DNA of 64,000 nucleotides from a virus: IMG/VR virus record IMGVR_UViG_3300020452_000254, positions 11,635 through 75,634 of that record; one strand, written 5' to 3'. Shown piece by piece: positions 28,355 to 36,938 of the stretch. Both the position numbers and the translations under genes were made by a program. Within the stretch, counting starts at the first letter, position 1; each line of letters opens with the position of its first letter. The notes below the pieces were generated by a model. It saw nothing but the letters and a program-made list of their open reading frames with translations, was not told the DNA's origin and ran no database searches.

Positions 28355-30406
28355 ATGGCAGACGAAAAGAAAACAGCAAAACAAATACAGGAAGAAGCTG
28401 AAGCAAAAAAAGAGATGGAAGCAGTCCGAAAATCCAATAAAGGGATAATGGATGAAATTAAAGACCAAAACAAAGCTCTTAGAGAATCAACTAAAACCCA
28501 AAACCAATTAGTTAAGGTTATGGAAAGTGACTCTCAAAGAGAAGGTAAGTTACTTAAAGAAGTTTTAGATAGTAAAATTGGTTTTGGAAAAAATGCTGGA
28601 AATGATAGGTTTTCTGATGAACAAAAGAAAAACTTACAATCTCAATTTGGTCTTGGTCAACTTGGTGTAAGTAGTGCTGATGCTGCCAATAGAGTCGCTG
28701 CAAACAATCAATTAGAACAACTGAATAAAGAAAAAGAAAGACTAGAGGGAATTCAAAAAGAATTTGGTCTTAGTAAGTTTGATACTACTGAATTAGATGC
28801 ACTTGAAAGTGATATAAAATCTTTAGAAGAAATTCAAAAATTTGGTAGAACATTATCAAACTTTGAAAAAGGTTTTCAAATGTTTGCTGGTGGAACAATG
28901 GATGAACTAATTCAATCCACAAAAGGACAAGGTGCATTAACTGCTCAAGGTATTGTTAAAGGACTTGGTAATGACCTTAAAGGAGATTTTGATAAAATTC
29001 TTAGTTTCCTTGGGCCTGCAGCTGGTATCTTACAACAAATACCATTTCTTGGAACTATAGCAAATCTTGCACAAACTGGATTTAAAAAACTTTTTGTACA
29101 AATGTTCCTTACTAGGAAAGCATCTGCACAAAACAGTAGAAAAGAAATATTATCTCAAGAAAAAACTTCAAAGATTCTTCATCAAGATATGTCATTAGAG
29201 GCTCAACAGAGACGAAGAGAAGCCAGAGACAAAATGAAAGAAAAACTTAGTAAGGGTAAAGGTGGTAAAGATGGTAGTGGTGATACCACCAATGTTCAAG
29301 AAGGTGATTCTAATTTAGGTGGTGGTCTTCTTGGTGCTTCTTTTGCATTAAGGAATCTTGCAAATGCAAAAGTTGGTGCTGGTGTTGCAGCCCTTGGTAC
29401 TGGATTGGCTAGTCTTGCAGCGTTACCTGTAGTTATTGGTGCAGCGAAACTTTCAGCTGCAATCGTACTATTGGGTGGTGCAGTTGCATTATCAATTGCC
29501 GCTGTTATTAGTAGTATTGCACTTGGATTTAAGCCATGGGATAGATTTAATACTGCTGAAACACTAAAAGATTTAAGTTCTGATGAAATTAAGCCAGGAA
29601 AAATAACTGCATTAATTGCTGGTATGGGTGCAGCTTCAGTATTAACTGCAATAGGTGGTCTTGCACAAACAATTACAACTCTTGGTGGTACATTTACACC
29701 AATGACTGATTTAGCAAAAGACTTGGGTGGATTTGCAAAAAATGTAAAACCTTTTATTGCTTTAGATATGTTGGGAGTTGCATCTAATTATCGTGTATTG
29801 AATGAACAAGTAATGGATAAAACTGGTGGTTTATTTGAAAACTTTACAATGTGGACTGGTAATGATAACTTTAAAAACTTTGGTACTGACTTAGGTGAGT
29901 TTGCAACTGCAATCTCACCATTCATTCAAATGAATATGACTGCATTTACTAACAACATAGAATTATTACAAAATGCAATAGATAATTTAGAATTTGATGG
30001 ACTTGATAGAAAACAAAAGAATGCATTAACATCACTTAAGGCTCTTGGTCAAATTCGTTTATCACAAAATAATTTAGGTGAACAAGTTGTTTTATTAGGT
30101 AAAGGTGTTGAAATACTCTCTACAAGTCTTGATACATTAAGTACAACGAAAGTAGACATGCTTGGTAAACTTGGTAAAGAACTAAGTAATAGTTTTAGTG
30201 AATTAAATATAAACTTAAATGCTAATCCAACAGTTGCTGGTGTTAATTCAAATTTACTTTCTAGTAATATGGGTAATGGAAATTTACCTGTTGTAGCAAT
30301 GTCACCAGTTGTTAATACTCAAACTAATAACATGCCTGTTTCAAGAAATTATGGTAGTTCTGGAGTTTCTATGAATAGTAACTTCAATGATGGTTTACTT
30401 GCTTAA
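28355..30406 (+). CDS. Putative tape measure / hub protein (gp29-like)
   Basis: 683 aa, helical and Ala/Gly-rich with central hydrophobic segments and an N/S-rich tail (VAMSPVVNTQTNN). Follows gp26/gp51. Confidence 0.65.
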   Translation: MADEKKTAKQIQEEAEAKKEMEAVRKSNKGIMDEIKDQNKALRESTKTQNQLVKVMESDSQREGKLLKEVLDSKIGFGKNAGNDRFSDEQKKNLQSQFGLGQLGVSSADAANRVAANNQLEQLNKEKERLEGIQKEFGLSKFDTTELDALESDIKSLEEIQKFGRTLSNFEKGFQMFAGGTMDELIQSTKGQGALTAQGIVKGLGNDLKGDFDKILSFLGPAAGILQQIPFLGTIANLAQTGFKKLFVQMFLTRKASAQNSRKEILSQEKTSKILHQDMSLEAQQRRREARDKMKEKLSKGKGGKDGSGDTTNVQEGDSNLGGGLLGASFALRNLANAKVGAGVAALGTGLASLAALPVVIGAAKLSAAIVLLGGAVALSIAAVISSIALGFKPWDRFNTAETLKDLSSDEIKPGKITALIAGMGAASVLTAIGGLAQTITTLGGTFTPMTDLAKDLGGFAKNVKPFIALDMLGVASNYRVLNEQVMDKTGGLFENFTMWTGNDNFKNFGTDLGEFATAISPFIQMNMTAFTNNIELLQNAIDNLEFDGLDRKQKNALTSLKALGQIRLSQNNLGEQVVLLGKGVEILSTSLDTLSTTKVDMLGKLGKELSNSFSELNINLNANPTVAGVNSNLLSSNMGNGNLPVVAMSPVVNTQTNNMPVSRNYGSSGVSMNSNFNDGLLA

Positions 30407-30600
30407 CTAGGATACTTATCCTTTCTATTGTATTTTGTTTTGTCCTTGTGGACTTGTGATACACCATGTTTAGGTGTTTTCTTGCGTGACTTAACCTCTG
30501 GTTCTTTCTTACCAAAAACCCTTTCCCAATTGTCTTGATATGTTGTTGGTGTTTTAGAAGGTCTCTGTTTCGAACCTTTCCCACCATGCCACTTGGTCAT
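30403..30600 (-). CDS. Small basic hypothetical protein
   Basis: WHGGKGSKQRP...YQDNWERVFGKK and KDKTKYNRK motifs. RBS GGAG. Confidence 0.65.
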   Translation of the reverse strand: MTKWHGGKGSKQRPSKTPTTYQDNWERVFGKKEPEVKSRKKTPKHGVSQVHKDKTKYNRKDKYPS

Positions 30601-30619
30601 TACAGAACTCCATTATATA

Positions 30620-30805
30620 AGGTGTTAAATTGGCCCCTCGTCTATTGTGACAATATTGTCTATATACCCGCCATCTAACCGATATCTCTCTGCCGCATTT
30701 GATATCTTTCCACGATTGTATACCCAAACCTCAACCATCCTACTTGGTATAACTCTCCGAGTCTCATTTAATACTCAGTCCCCAATGGTCAATCCTATAT
30801 TAGTG
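30620..30805 (-). ncRNA. Candidate late structured RNA downstream of gp32
   Basis: Late promoter at 30813-30820 followed by a G-rich segment with several stems and no convincing ORF. Confidence 0.4.
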
Positions 30806-30812
30806 CATAATA

Positions 30813-30820
30813 TATTTATA
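30813..30820 (-). promoter_or_regulatory. Late promoter enclosed by a 10-bp inverted repeat
   Basis: TATAAATA flanked by GTCAATCCTA (30788-30797) and TAGGATTGAC (30833-30842). Confidence 0.65.
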
Positions 30821-30847
30821 ATTCAAAATATTTAGGATTGACAATCC

Positions 30848-31741
30848 TTACACATCATTTGCAAGTTTTTGGAAGTATGACATAGTGTCATCTTCTTCTA
30901 CATCTGTTGAAGCAGTTGTAGGTTGTGCAATTGTTGGTTCTGGACTTGGATATGCAACATCATCCATATCACTTGCAACTGAAGCTGCAGTAGCAGTTGA
31001 TGCTGTCATTCCTAAAACTCTATCGAGTTTTTGTTTGAGTTCATCATAAGATTTGAACTCACTTGGTGCAATCACATCTTTTAATGAATGTTGACTATTC
31101 CAGATTGCTTCCATCTTTGCATCATCATCTGATAATGGTGATGGTGTTGCAAACTCTGACTTATCATAGTTCCAGTAACCATCTACTTTACGAACTTTGA
31201 TTTTAAAGTTTGCACCTTCCCATAAATCAAATGGATTTACTGGAGTTTCATCTTGAAACTGTGGTTGCATTTTGTCTTTCAACATTTCAAAGATTTTCTT
31301 TCCATATCTGAAAAGCATAACCTTTCCTTCATTTTCTGGATGTGTAGGGTCAGAAACGATTAGAACATTTGACACATAGTGTAATCTTCTTTTCTGTTTC
31401 CTTGCTATATCCTTGTTGGACTCAATACCAGAGTTCCACAATTCAGTATTGTGTTCTGACACTGGGTCTTTATCATTAAGAGTCGTTAACGACTTCTCAA
31501 TATACCATCCACCTGGCCCTTGGAAGCCATGGTCAAAATATTGAATCCACGGCATGTCCTCGTTTTGAGGTGCTGGTAGAAATCTTACAACTGCATAACC
31601 ATTACCAGTCTTATCTAAGTCGATTTTCCAGTATCGTTCATCGTTGTATGATTTAGTTTCACCACCACTAGAAGTTTTTTCTAATGATGCTTGTAAGGTG
31701 TCGAATCCACCTCTAGATTTTTTTAAGTCTTGAAATGACAT
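30848..31741 (-). CDS. gp32: Single-stranded DNA-binding protein gp32
   Basis: DERYWK..DKTGNGYAVVRFLPAP, HGFQGPGGWYIE.SLTT, GKKIF and NPFDLWEGANFK motifs; acidic tail ending SYFQKLA. Confidence 0.97.
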   Translation of the reverse strand: MSFQDLKKSRGGFDTLQASLEKTSSGGETKSYNDERYWKIDLDKTGNGYAVVRFLPAPQNEDMPWIQYFDHGFQGPGGWYIEKSLTTLNDKDPVSEHNTELWNSGIESNKDIARKQKRRLHYVSNVLIVSDPTHPENEGKVMLFRYGKKIFEMLKDKMQPQFQDETPVNPFDLWEGANFKIKVRKVDGYWNYDKSEFATPSPLSDDDAKMEAIWNSQHSLKDVIAPSEFKSYDELKQKLDRVLGMTASTATAASVASDMDDVAYPSPEPTIAQPTTASTDVEEDDTMSYFQKLANDV

Positions 31742-31789
31742 AATTATATCCTCGTATTAGCATTGTATTGCATTTTATTATTATTGTAT

Positions 31790-32596
31790 TTAAACTAAGT
31801 ATTCTTCTAATGGAGAAACACTTAATTCATCCTTCATTATATAATAGTCTATGTTTTGGAATCTGTCAAGTAAAATCTTGAGTTGTTCTGTCTGAGATAT
31901 CCAACCCTGTTCACCAGTCTCAACGAGTCTGTTGTTTTCTGGGTCTTGGTCTGTTCCATAACATTCAGTTCCAGCATAGATGTTATTATATTTAGTCGAA
32001 TTGTAATTCCAAATAGAATCAAATCCAACAAAAACTACATTATTGTAGTCGTGGTTCATTGATGCCATTGCAGCTGCAGTAGTACCAGCAAACCAATTCT
32101 CAAATAGATGGTAGTCATCATCTGGCCCACCAACACTTGAAATCTTATAGTCATCCTCTATTCCTATTGCTTGCATTTCTAGGATACCAATGTTTCCATT
32201 ACCTTTTCCATGCATAGTCACTTTAGAATGACTTGGGTCTATCCACTCTTTTACTGGGACACCCATTGTTCCTTTAATCATGTTATACTCTTCATGTCCT
32301 AATGGGTCATCCCATTCACCAGAGAAGTAACATTTGTTATATTTTGGATACTTAGATTCACAACACTCACCCATGATACTAACATCTACAATAGTGAGAT
32401 AGTCTGGAGTATAGTCTCTAAAGAGTGCATTACACCCCCATATGTCCCCATTAAGCAACTCTAAGTCTAATCCTATCCTTGACTGACCATTACCAATAAT
32501 GTATGCAGTAGAGTCTGTTTCTAGACTTAAATAGGAATACATTGTAGGTGTTAATTCCTCTGCAATCTCTGGGTCTAATGTTATATCAAGATTCAT
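31790..32596 (-). CDS. Hypothetical protein, DUF115/Maf or sialyltransferase-like fold
   Basis: AYIIGNGQSR, WGCNALFRD..PDYL..D and GTTA...VVFVGFD motifs. Confidence 0.5.
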   Translation of the reverse strand: MNLDITLDPEIAEELTPTMYSYLSLETDSTAYIIGNGQSRIGLDLELLNGDIWGCNALFRDYTPDYLTIVDVSIMGECCESKYPKYNKCYFSGEWDDPLGHEEYNMIKGTMGVPVKEWIDPSHSKVTMHGKGNGNIGILEMQAIGIEDDYKISSVGGPDDDYHLFENWFAGTTAAAMASMNHDYNNVVFVGFDSIWNYNSTKYNNIYAGTECYGTDQDPENNRLVETGEQGWISQTEQLKILLDRFQNIDYYIMKDELSVSPLEEYLV

Positions 32597-33176
32597 ATAT
32601 TTCTAATACTTTTTGTTTTAATTTGTCTTGGTTGTATCCAACAAATCCTTGAGTCTTTTGTAATCTTTGTTTAACTTCTGGCCAAACATATTGTTCTGAT
32701 ATGTTTAAGCGGGAACTCCATCCAATAAGGGATTCCAATAATACTCCTGTTCCAAATGATATGGACTTGGATAAAAGACACTGAACAATGATAGGATGAC
32801 TAGAATCGTTAGTATCAAATAGATTGTCCAGTTTCCCTTCAAGTGTGTTAAGATATCTGATATCTTTCTCGAAAGAGTAAAGAAGAGATTGGTTGTATTT
32901 CTTCCACTCTGTATAGTTTTGTTTTGCTTCTTCACCAAATAAATCTCCTACCCAAAAATCCTTGTACATGAAGTTTGCAATATAGAAATCCTTAAGTTGT
33001 CCATTGTGTTGTTTCCTAAGTTTTGCAAACTGGAACTTATCATTCCTTTTGAGATAACTCTCAAACGATGCAGAGACTTTACCATTGTACTTGTTGAAAT
33101 CATAATCTGAATTATAATGTAGTTTAATTCCTAAGTATAATTTATATGACTCATATCCAAATCTTGCATCCACCAA
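32586..33176 (-). CDS. gp59: Helicase loader gp59
   Basis: YKLYLGIKLHY..YDFNKYNGK, KRNDKFQFAKL and HPII motifs. Upstream of gp32. Confidence 0.92.
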   Translation of the reverse strand: MVDARFGYESYKLYLGIKLHYNSDYDFNKYNGKVSASFESYLKRNDKFQFAKLRKQHNGQLKDFYIANFMYKDFWVGDLFGEEAKQNYTEWKKYNQSLLYSFEKDIRYLNTLEGKLDNLFDTNDSSHPIIVQCLLSKSISFGTGVLLESLIGWSSRLNISEQYVWPEVKQRLQKTQGFVGYNQDKLKQKVLEIYES

Positions 33177-33452
33177 CTAATTCCTATGAGTTCTTTTGTA
33201 ATGTTCAAGTGCAGCTTCTTCTCTCCACTTATCAATCTTGATTCGTCTTTTCCAATCATTGATTCTTTTCTGTCTTTTTGCAGATGGTTTTTCATAGTAT
33301 TGTCTTTTACGAACCTCTGCAACAATTCCATCCCTTTCTGCTTTCTTTTTGAATCGTCTAAACAATACATCAAAAGGTGGTGGCCCAAAAGGTTTCTTTG
33401 GTTTTCTATCCCATTCTTTTTGTCTTTGTGGTGTACGATTAAATTTTTTCAT
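33177..33452 (-). CDS. rpsU: Phage-encoded 30S ribosomal protein bS21
   Basis: FDVLFRRFKKKAERDGIVAEVRKRQYYEKPSAKR is the bS21 signature. Confidence 0.9.
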   Translation of the reverse strand: MKKFNRTPQRQKEWDRKPKKPFGPPPFDVLFRRFKKKAERDGIVAEVRKRQYYEKPSAKRQKRINDWKRRIKIDKWREEAALEHYKRTHRN

Positions 33453-33679
33453 ATTGGTAATTTGCCTTTTCCTTTCTTAGCATTTGGTTTTAATAAGTTG
33501 TAAGATAATGCATCACTCTCAATCTTTTCTTTTAAAGGTGGAGTAATTAAGTTTTTAACTGATTCTGGGTCAAGGTGTTGTTGTTCACAATAGTATACAA
33601 TTGCATCAATATAGTTTAATCTTTTAGTTAAAACAATATTCTCTATTGCTTCTGCAAACCTTTTTTTGGTTAGAATCAT
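33449..33679 (-). CDS. gp33: Late transcription coactivator gp33
   Basis: FAEAIE..V..LNYIDAIVYYCE...PESVKNLI..PLKEKI..DA...LPI. Confidence 0.92.
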   Translation of the reverse strand: MILTKKRFAEAIENIVLTKRLNYIDAIVYYCEQQHLDPESVKNLITPPLKEKIESDALSYNLLKPNAKKGKGKLPI

Positions 33680-33708
33680 ATAATCACTTTTATTTTCATT
33701 ACTATACT

Positions 33709-33737
33709 AGTATACTACAGAATGGGTATCTGTCAAG
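33709..33737 (-). promoter_or_regulatory. Sigma70-type promoter, class B (CTTGACA-n13-TAGTAT), for gp33-rpsU-gp59-gp32
   Basis: TTGACA-16-TATACT. Same layout as the promoter at 53464-53492. Confidence 0.6.
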
Positions 33738-34278
33738 TTATTTTGTTTGATAAAAGAGACTTTTCTTTTTCACTAAAATCAATAACTAAATCTTTATCAT
33801 ATGATTTTGCATACACATGAAATTCATAATCTTCAAGACCAAGAACTCTATCTTTTTGTAACCCATAATATTCAAAATTTGTAGCTGCATATATTGTCCC
33901 TTGATGCATTCTGTCATCTGCAACTGATACTACACATTTTGCATCAATCATTTTTAAGGTTCTAGATAAGAACCAAGATGTTATGTTATGTTCGTCTAAT
34001 GATGCAACAGCAAGTCTAGCTATCTCCCAGAACCCTTTACAATCTTCTGTGTAACATCCAAAATGTCTTTCATGAAAAATAGGATTATCTATTGAACCAA
34101 AATCATATGAACAATATTGAACAGCACCAACTAACTTATCTTTGTAGAAAAGACCATAACATTTATGTCCAGTCCATGGCAATGTTTTTCCATGTACTCC
34201 TTCGAGATAATGTTCTTGTTGAATTAGGGACTCAGCATCCTCAAGTGAGATTTCACTTACTTCATAATCTTCTTTCAT
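33733..34278 (-). CDS. Mom-like GNAT-fold DNA adenine modification protein
   Basis: HYL, YGLF...LVG, WEIARL, N.TSWFLSRTLK, VVSVAD...HQGTIYAATNFEYYG match the Mom-family pattern. Confidence 0.75.
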   Translation of the reverse strand: MKEDYEVSEISLEDAESLIQQEHYLEGVHGKTLPWTGHKCYGLFYKDKLVGAVQYCSYDFGSIDNPIFHERHFGCYTEDCKGFWEIARLAVASLDEHNITSWFLSRTLKMIDAKCVVSVADDRMHQGTIYAATNFEYYGLQKDRVLGLEDYEFHVYAKSYDKDLVIDFSEKEKSLLSNKIT

Positions 34279-34285
34279 CTAATCT

Positions 34286-34708
34286 TTAACTTGGTGGGTT
34301 GTTGTGTTTTCTGTAAGAGGTTTTTTCTTCCCAGTTCTCGATTGCTTTTTTGATTCCTTCTTCTGCAAGGACTGAACAGTGGAGTTTAATTGGAGGCAAT
34401 TCAAGAGCATCTGCAATCTCTTTATCTTTAATGAGTTTTGCTTGTTCAATAGTTTTACCTTTGAGCATTTCCACAAACATCGTAGATGACGCAATTGCAC
34501 TTCCACATCCATAGGTTTTGAATTTGACATCTTCTATAGTGTCTCCATTCATTTTTAAATCAAGTTTCATGACATCACCACAAGCAGGAGCTCCAACCAT
34601 TCCTGTTGCAACATTAGGGTCTTTAGGGTCAAACCTTCCGACAGAATGTTTTTCTGGATTCATTAACACATCGTTAAATCTATCTACTACCTTTTGTGAA
34701 TATGCCAT
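34286..34708 (-). CDS. iscU: Fe-S cluster scaffold protein IscU
   Basis: MAYSQKVVD, GAPACGDVMKL, KFKTYGCGSAIASS and LELPPIKLHCSVLAE motifs. All three Cys and the LPPxK chaperone-binding motif are present. Confidence 0.97.
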   Translation of the reverse strand: MAYSQKVVDRFNDVLMNPEKHSVGRFDPKDPNVATGMVGAPACGDVMKLDLKMNGDTIEDVKFKTYGCGSAIASSTMFVEMLKGKTIEQAKLIKDKEIADALELPPIKLHCSVLAEEGIKKAIENWEEKTSYRKHNNPPS

Positions 34709-34746
34709 TTGTTTTTCTCTTTTGTTCTAACCGAGTTATTAAGTCT

Positions 34747-34817
34747 TATAAATATAGGTGATAATTATTCATAACCTGTTATATTTTATCGAATTTACTA
34801 ACCTACTATTATTTATA
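34747..34817. promoter_or_regulatory. Overlapping divergent late promoters: + at 34747-34754 (small ORF) and - at 34810-34817 (iscU-mom)
   Basis: Exact TATAAATA on each strand. Confidence 0.65.
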
Positions 34818-34834
34818 AGGAGTCCGAACCTAAA

Positions 34835-34978
34835 ATGAGTCGTGCTATTAACTACATCTATGAACATCGATGCGAAATCTGTAAAACTATAAGGGAATTT
34901 ACTGAATTTTCCTTTTATATGTTAGCACCAATTGCTTTACCATTTGCAATAATGTGGATGGCAATGAATAACTACTAG
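34835..34978 (+). CDS. Small membrane protein (47 aa) with CxxC, on the opposite strand to its neighbours
   Basis: MSRAINYIYEHRCEICKTIREFTEFSFYMLAPIALPFAIMWMAMNNY, with AAGGAG and a late promoter upstream. Confidence 0.6.
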   Translation: MSRAINYIYEHRCEICKTIREFTEFSFYMLAPIALPFAIMWMAMNNY

Positions 34979-35655
34979 AGACCATACTCAGTTCTATACT
35001 GACCACGAAGTTCATGTAACTTCTCAACATACTTTTCACTTGGTTTTTCAATAAACAACTGACTAGAACCATCACTCACTGCAATCATTGTGATTAGTGA
35101 ATGGACTTCTTTACCTGTTAGTTCTTCAAACATTTTTGCATATGCAGTTTCCTGTATAAAATAATTCTGTATCCATTTTCTTTCTTTTGGTTTTCTACTG
35201 GTCTTGAAATCTATGATTGAAATCTTGTCATCAAAGTACTCTGCAATACAATCCACTCTACCAGCAAGTTGTAGTTTATGAGAATAAAGTGGTGCTTCAA
35301 GTGCATGAACAGTTCCTATTTGGTTTAGTTCTTTTTCTAGTGAGATGAATGCTTGTTGTGTTGTTGGCATTGCACCTTTAAACTTTTCTTCAAAGTTATC
35401 ATTCTTAATGTAATCTTCGAATAGTTGATGTGCAGATGTTCCATGTCTTGCAGCTTGAGTTGATATCTTATTAGCAGTTTCTGCACCAACTCTCTTTCTC
35501 CATTTCTTAATACCATCCCTACTCAAAAGTCCAGTAACCGATGTCACTGATGGATACTTCTCACCTGTTGGTGTTACATAGTATCTTTTACCATCTACAT
35601 TTTCTGTAGGTAAGGATTCAAATCCATAATCTAAAATATTAAATGTTTTCATCAC
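34975..35655 (-). CDS. PD-(D/E)xK exonuclease
   Basis: RYY.TP.GEKYPSVT, GTSAH, LEAPLYS..LAGRVDCIAE..IIDFKTS and YFIQETAY motifs. Confidence 0.88.
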   Translation of the reverse strand: MMKTFNILDYGFESLPTENVDGKRYYVTPTGEKYPSVTSVTGLLSRDGIKKWRKRVGAETANKISTQAARHGTSAHQLFEDYIKNDNFEEKFKGAMPTTQQAFISLEKELNQIGTVHALEAPLYSHKLQLAGRVDCIAEYFDDKISIIDFKTSRKPKERKWIQNYFIQETAYAKMFEELTGKEVHSLITMIAVSDGSSQLFIEKPSEKYVEKLHELRGQYRTEYGL

Positions 35656-35833
35656 ACATCTTATCTAATTCATCAAAATCATGTTTACCATGAATAGTAA
35701 CACTGTAATGATTATGATGATTCCATTCTACTTCAAAGGGTACATCATATCCCTTTCCAGATAATATTGCAACTCTATCGTTGAACTCTCTGTACTCGTC
35801 TTCTGTTAATGTTCTAGTTATTCGTTTTGACAT
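35639..35833 (-). CDS. Hypothetical protein
   Basis: Packed ORF within the operon. Confidence 0.6.
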   Translation of the reverse strand: MSKRITRTLTEDEYREFNDRVAILSGKGYDVPFEVEWNHHNHYSVTIHGKHDFDELDKMCDENI

Positions 35834-35834
35834 A

Positions 35835-36179
35835 TTACCCCTTGTTTAATGGTTTCCCTTGTTTCTTTTGTGCAGTTTGCATCTTGACATGTTTCTCAAT
35901 AATTGAATCAGTCTTGACTTCTGATGCACTTCTTCTTTTAGTTGCTTTTGCAAGTTCACTTCTTGGATGTGCATCTGCAACCTTAGATAACATTTCATTG
36001 AAACCACCACTGTTACCTAGTCCACTTCTATTACCAATACCAGAGACAATTCCTGGCGTACCTGTAATAACTTGTTTCAGATGTGGATTACCTTTCTTGT
36101 ATTCTTGTAAATCATTCCACGACATTAACACATCGTGTTGTTCACCTGTCTCTTTGTCTTCTAAAGTATATGTTGGCAT
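35835..36179 (-). CDS. Conserved hypothetical protein (FmdB-like N-terminus lacking Cys)
   Basis: MPTY...ETGE..MS..LQEY...NPHLKQ and GFNEMLSKV motifs. Confidence 0.7.
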   Translation of the reverse strand: MPTYTLEDKETGEQHDVLMSWNDLQEYKKGNPHLKQVITGTPGIVSGIGNRSGLGNSGGFNEMLSKVADAHPRSELAKATKRRSASEVKTDSIIEKHVKMQTAQKKQGKPLNKG

Positions 36180-36274
36180 TATAGTATCTTCTCAAGTATA
36201 AAAACTAATGGAATGAATATGTATAATCCTATTAATAGTTTTTCTACTCTATCAAATTGTTCATCTGTTGGCAT
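36179..36274 (-). CDS. Small membrane protein (31 aa)
   Basis: MPTDEQFDRVEKLLIGLYIFIPLVFILEKIL, with TAATG coupling at both ends. Confidence 0.55.
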   Translation of the reverse strand: MPTDEQFDRVEKLLIGLYIFIPLVFILEKIL

Positions 36275-36399
36275 TATCTATCCATCCAATCTGTTATCTT
36301 GTTATAAATGAATACTGCAAGAATCCACCAAATCCCAATATTAAATCCTATTAAGAATAGATATTGTGGTATTTGGAATATGTTAATAAATGTATCCAT
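36274..36399 (-). CDS. Small membrane protein (41 aa)
   Basis: MDTFINIFQIPQYLFLIGFNIGIWWILAVFIYNKITDWMDR, with TAATG coupling at both ends. Confidence 0.55.
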   Translation of the reverse strand: MDTFINIFQIPQYLFLIGFNIGIWWILAVFIYNKITDWMDR

Positions 36400-36938
36400 T
36401 ATGCTTCCATGAATTTTGGAGTGACTTGGTTAGTCCATTTTGCAAAACTTTTCTTGTATTTTATGTAGTAGTCTTGATATGCATCAACGACATTTTCTTG
36501 TTTAACATCATCTGGCATTGCAAGATAAGGGTCAACAAAAGGTTCTACTGGTATTTGCATTGGTGGATTTTTAAGCATTCCACGAAGTTTAAAATCTGTT
36601 AAATGAACTCTTTCATATCTATGTGTATATTCATAACATAGTTGTTCCCACATTTTGTATAACCAATTGTAATGGTTTTGTGAATCTCTTACCCACTTAC
36701 CACTTGGATGATTTACATGTGATGCTTTGTATAATAGTCTTTCATGATTCTTGAGAGGATGTTTCCATCGTTGTATCCTTCTACCATTTGCAGTTCTATC
36801 TGTATATGGGTCACCATCTAAAACACGATGTGCAGTTGACATCAACTGAGCATACTCAATAATCATTTTACATACATGTTTATCACAATGCATTCTTGCA
36901 CATGTCTGTGGGTCTTTATCTAAATAAAATATATTCAC
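36399..36938 (-). CDS. denV: Pyrimidine dimer DNA glycosylase family (DenV-like)
   Basis: MNIFYLD..P..CA..HCDKHV.KMI.EYAQLMSTAH, HVNHPS..W, EYTHRY and AMPD motifs. Confidence 0.8.
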   Translation of the reverse strand: MNIFYLDKDPQTCARMHCDKHVCKMIIEYAQLMSTAHRVLDGDPYTDRTANGRRIQRWKHPLKNHERLLYKASHVNHPSGKWVRDSQNHYNWLYKMWEQLCYEYTHRYERVHLTDFKLRGMLKNPPMQIPVEPFVDPYLAMPDDVKQENVVDAYQDYYIKYKKSFAKWTNQVTPKFMEA

